A stretch of DNA of 64,000 nucleotides from Blastocladiella emersonii ATCC 22665 (lineage: Eukaryota; Fungi; Blastocladiomycota), in assembly GCA_025594325.1 (NCBI GenBank), contig JANHCV010000001.1:4030001-4094000 (forward strand), read 5' to 3'. The notes under the pieces are model-generated. The model did no database searches. It was not told where the DNA came from and was given only the letters and a program-made list of their open reading frames with translations. The position numbers and the translations under genes are program-made. Within the stretch, counting starts at the first letter, position 1, and every line of letters starts with the position of its first letter. Below, piece by piece: positions 61,501 through 64,000 of this stretch.

Positions 61501-62466
61501 CGACCTGCGATATCGGATCGGGCGCGAGTGTGTGCGGGCACGGGCGGGCGGGCGGACTCGGAGCACGACGTGTTGCGGGTCGACGCGTTTCTTTCGCGCA
61601 CGTGCCAAGTGCGAGACGGCCCGTTCATCCCGACCCTGATCACTGTTCGCGCGTGTTCCGTCCTTTACCGGAGCTCCAGCGCCTGCGTGTTGCACATCAG
61701 GCCCGAGATCAACGGGACGGGTTGCACGAGGCGTCCAGCAACGCTCGCTCGTTCGCTCATGGCGAGCAACTGACTGCTGATGGCCGGCAGAAGACCGAAC
61801 GCTGTATATTACGGGGAATGGTATCTGTAGCTAGTCAGCGTTGCGCTGTTCAAGGCATAGTCATGGTGGTGGTGTGGGTGGTGGTGCGATGTAGGTGGGG
61901 TGAGGCGTTCCGGGAAGTGAAGCCCAAAAGCGGCGTGGCCCACACCATGCCGAATTCTTACGCGTATTTAACTTTGAGCACCGGTCTACCCAGTGCATAT
62001 AAATCTCAGAAATTCTCAGACCACCGCGAATAATGCTCCTAGCACATACTGAGTACATGTGCGCAAAATCAGCCCGATCGAAGGGATAGTCCAATTCAAG
62101 AAGCCAAGTCCCAAGTGCCGTTTCGGGCCGAGTTCGTCCAAACGACCAAACCCGAAAGTTTTTTTCAACTTTGCACGGTCGGACGACTTCTCGACACCCC
62201 GACATGCCGACTCGGCGATTTTTACATTTCCGGGGTCCCTGAGGGTCCCTGATGACGATCCAATGCTCAGAAAAAAAATATTCGGGTGCATCTCAAATTC
62301 AAGCGGCTAAGCCGGGGTCACGTGCGCCTGCAGCAGGGTCGCGTCGTTCACGTCGGCGTGACCCCAAGCCGAGCGAGCCACTTTCCGCACTCGCCCTGGT
62401 GCTCCCGCCGCCGTTCACTGCCCGCAACCTTTCGAGCTCGAACTCTAGTCGTAGAGGAACACCTTG
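55536..62466 (-). repeat. ~6.9-kb multicopy unit, copy C (inverted), extended by 420 bp of A right flank (55116-55535 = 21704-22123)
   Basis: Reverse-complement identity with A (inner coordinate sum 77239) and with B. Confidence 0.95.
55800..60177 (-). CDS. Orphan multi-exon protein, copy C
   Basis: Same model, with AAAE x4 and AP x13. Shares the GGC and I>V variants with B; lacks the B-specific silent SNP. Confidence 0.6.
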
Positions 62467-62796
62467 CTTGCACGCTCAGCTCTTGAGCGCGCGCGCTCGC
62501 AGGCGGCTTGTTTGATCCGCGACCTGATCGCGAGCATGACAGAACCAAGCTCGCCACTTGCAACACACCATCAGATTCACGGAGGCGAAGAAGACGTTTG
62601 CAAAAACACGAGGGGGTCTATGTATCAAATCACGCTGCGCTCAAGGGCGCGAGGTAGAGGGGTGGAGGGAAGAAACGATCGCGAGCAGCGACGTGACGGA
62701 GGGACACGCGCAGGCTCAACGAGAGACACACACACAAAACTTTGGGGAAGAGGAAGGAGCACACCAGTAGAGACAGAGAACAAAAGGCGACCGACC

Positions 62797-64000
62797 TTAG
62801 GCGACCATGGCCTCGATGATCTCCTTGCGGTCCTTGGCCGTCTCCGAGGCCTTGTCGTGCTCGAGGTGCTGTGCGAGGGCGCGGTCGCTCTCGTCGTCGT
62901 CGAGCGTGTCCGGGTTGAGCGCAAACGCGCCCTTGGGGATGAACGTCGACAGGAACACGACCACGCCGGCGCACGACATGACCAGACCCGCCGTGTAGAA
63001 CATGGCGTCCTGCGTCGGCTTGAGGCCGGCCAGCGCGGGGAACTTCTTGGCCGAGCCGTACTTCTTGAGCAGGTCCGCGACAAACGAGTCCTGCACCTTG
63101 CCGATGGCCGTGTTGACGAGCGCGAAGATGATAATGTACAGCACGTACAGGAACGACATGACCGAGCCGAGCGGCGACACGGTCGCCTCCGAGTCCTCGA
63201 TCTTGGCCAGGCGCGACTGCACGTACGCGACCAGCGACACGTCACCGGCGGCCCACCCAAACGACACGGGCACGGCGATCGCCGCGAGGAACCACACCCA
63301 GCCCTCGATGTTGGCAAACGGCGTCGCGAGCGGCAGGATCCACACGAAGAGCAGCGTCAGGGCGTCGAGGCGCAGCCACGGGATGGGCGTCTTGACCGAG
63401 TCGGCGAACAGGAGCACGAACAGCGCGCCGAGCAGCTCGCCAAAGTTGGACCCGGACACGAGCAGCTGCTGGTACGAGCCCGTCGACAGCGCAAAGTTGG
63501 CGTAGTGCGCGAACAGCACGTTCTCGAGGTACCGGTGCAGGACGAGCGGCAGCGTGTAGGCCGGGATCAGCCACACGAGCGACCGGTGCGAGCACACGAG
63601 CTTGAGGCCGACCCACACCGAGTAGAAGAAGGCCTTGACGATGGCAAAGAACTCGGAGAAGAAGTTGCCCGACACGCGCTTGGTCTTGGAGGGCCCCTCG
63701 TACGCCTCGCTCGTCGCGTCCTTGATGCGCGACCACACGAGCGCCGCGCCCGTGAAGGCGATCGGGATCAGGGCCAGCGAGTAGGCGTAGTTGAAGTAGG
63801 CGATCCAGTACTTTGAGAGCAGCGCGCCCGTCGTGCCGGCCACCTCGTAGAAGATGTGCACCGTCGAGTCCATGCGCTTGAGCTTGGACGGGTCCGAGCC
63901 GACAATGTCGCGCGGGATGACGCGGCGGATCAGCTCGATGATGCCGTGGAAGATGCCGACGATCGGGAACAGCACCGCCACGATGAACGGGTTCCAGTCG
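62797..64000 (-). CDS. Second copy of the MFS transporter; 5' end beyond the window edge
   Basis: Translation matches the C-terminal ~400 aa of 44481-46043 with no differences seen. Confidence 0.85.
   Translation of the reverse strand, partial: DWNPFIVAVLFPIVGIFHGIIELIRRVIPRDIVGSDPSKLKRMDSTVHIFYEVAGTTGALLSKYWIAYFNYAYSLALIPIAFTGAALVWSRIKDATSEAYEGPSKTKRVSGNFFSEFFAIVKAFFYSVWVGLKLVCSHRSLVWLIPAYTLPLVLHRYLENVLFAHYANFALSTGSYQQLLVSGSNFGELLGALFVLLFADSVKTPIPWLRLDALTLLFVWILPLATPFANIEGWVWFLAAIAVPVSFGWAAGDVSLVAYVQSRLAKIEDSEATVSPLGSVMSFLYVLYIIIFALVNTAIGKVQDSFVADLLKKYGSAKKFPALAGLKPTQDAMFYTAGLVMSCAGVVVFLSTFIPKGAFALNPDTLDDDESDRALAQHLEHDKASETAKDRKEIIEAMVA

Noticed and set aside
44840-64000. Repeat-induced point mutation (RIP) of the duplicated arms
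   Set aside because: The arms are nearly identical with no C>T excess, and the old spacer pseudogenes show mixed substitution types.
1-64000. rRNA, tRNA or LTR retroelement genes
   Set aside because: No recognisable rRNA or tRNA sequence, TG...CA LTR pair or gag/pol motifs were seen.

Overview
GC-rich, gene-dense eukaryotic DNA with short introns (about 55-75 bp, GTACGY donors, CTRAC branch points). Axonemal dynein, STIL and fungal-type ADP1/MCA1 genes point to a zoosporic fungus; a Blastocladiomycota or chytrid-type source is my inference. Single-copy genes: a MyTH4-FERM/SH3 tail protein (5' end outside the window), STIL/SAS-5/Ana2, ADP1, SPP2/GPKOW, CHL1/DDX11, MCA1 metacaspase, an inner-arm dynein heavy chain, ELP6, SPT16, CBR1 and an MFS transporter. 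The main finding is a ~6.9-kb unit present three times: A 14761-21703 (+), B 46374-53328 (+) and C 55536-62466 (-). It carries one spliced orphan gene (~1260 aa) and no recognisable transposase. B and C sit in a palindrome with arms of at least 8.5 kb that also duplicate the MFS gene. The 2.2-kb spacer is a scrambled, older, diverged copy of the SPP2/CHL1 head-to-head pair, including its bidirectional promoter, joined to a recent MCA1 3' fragment. Copy A is bracketed by a ~70-bp direct repeat of the CHL1 3' end. The copies differ by three SNPs visible to me and by coding-repeat copy number, and near-identity fades into diverged homology at the edges, which suggests ongoing gene conversion. Comparisons were done by eye and from the ORF track, not by computed alignment.
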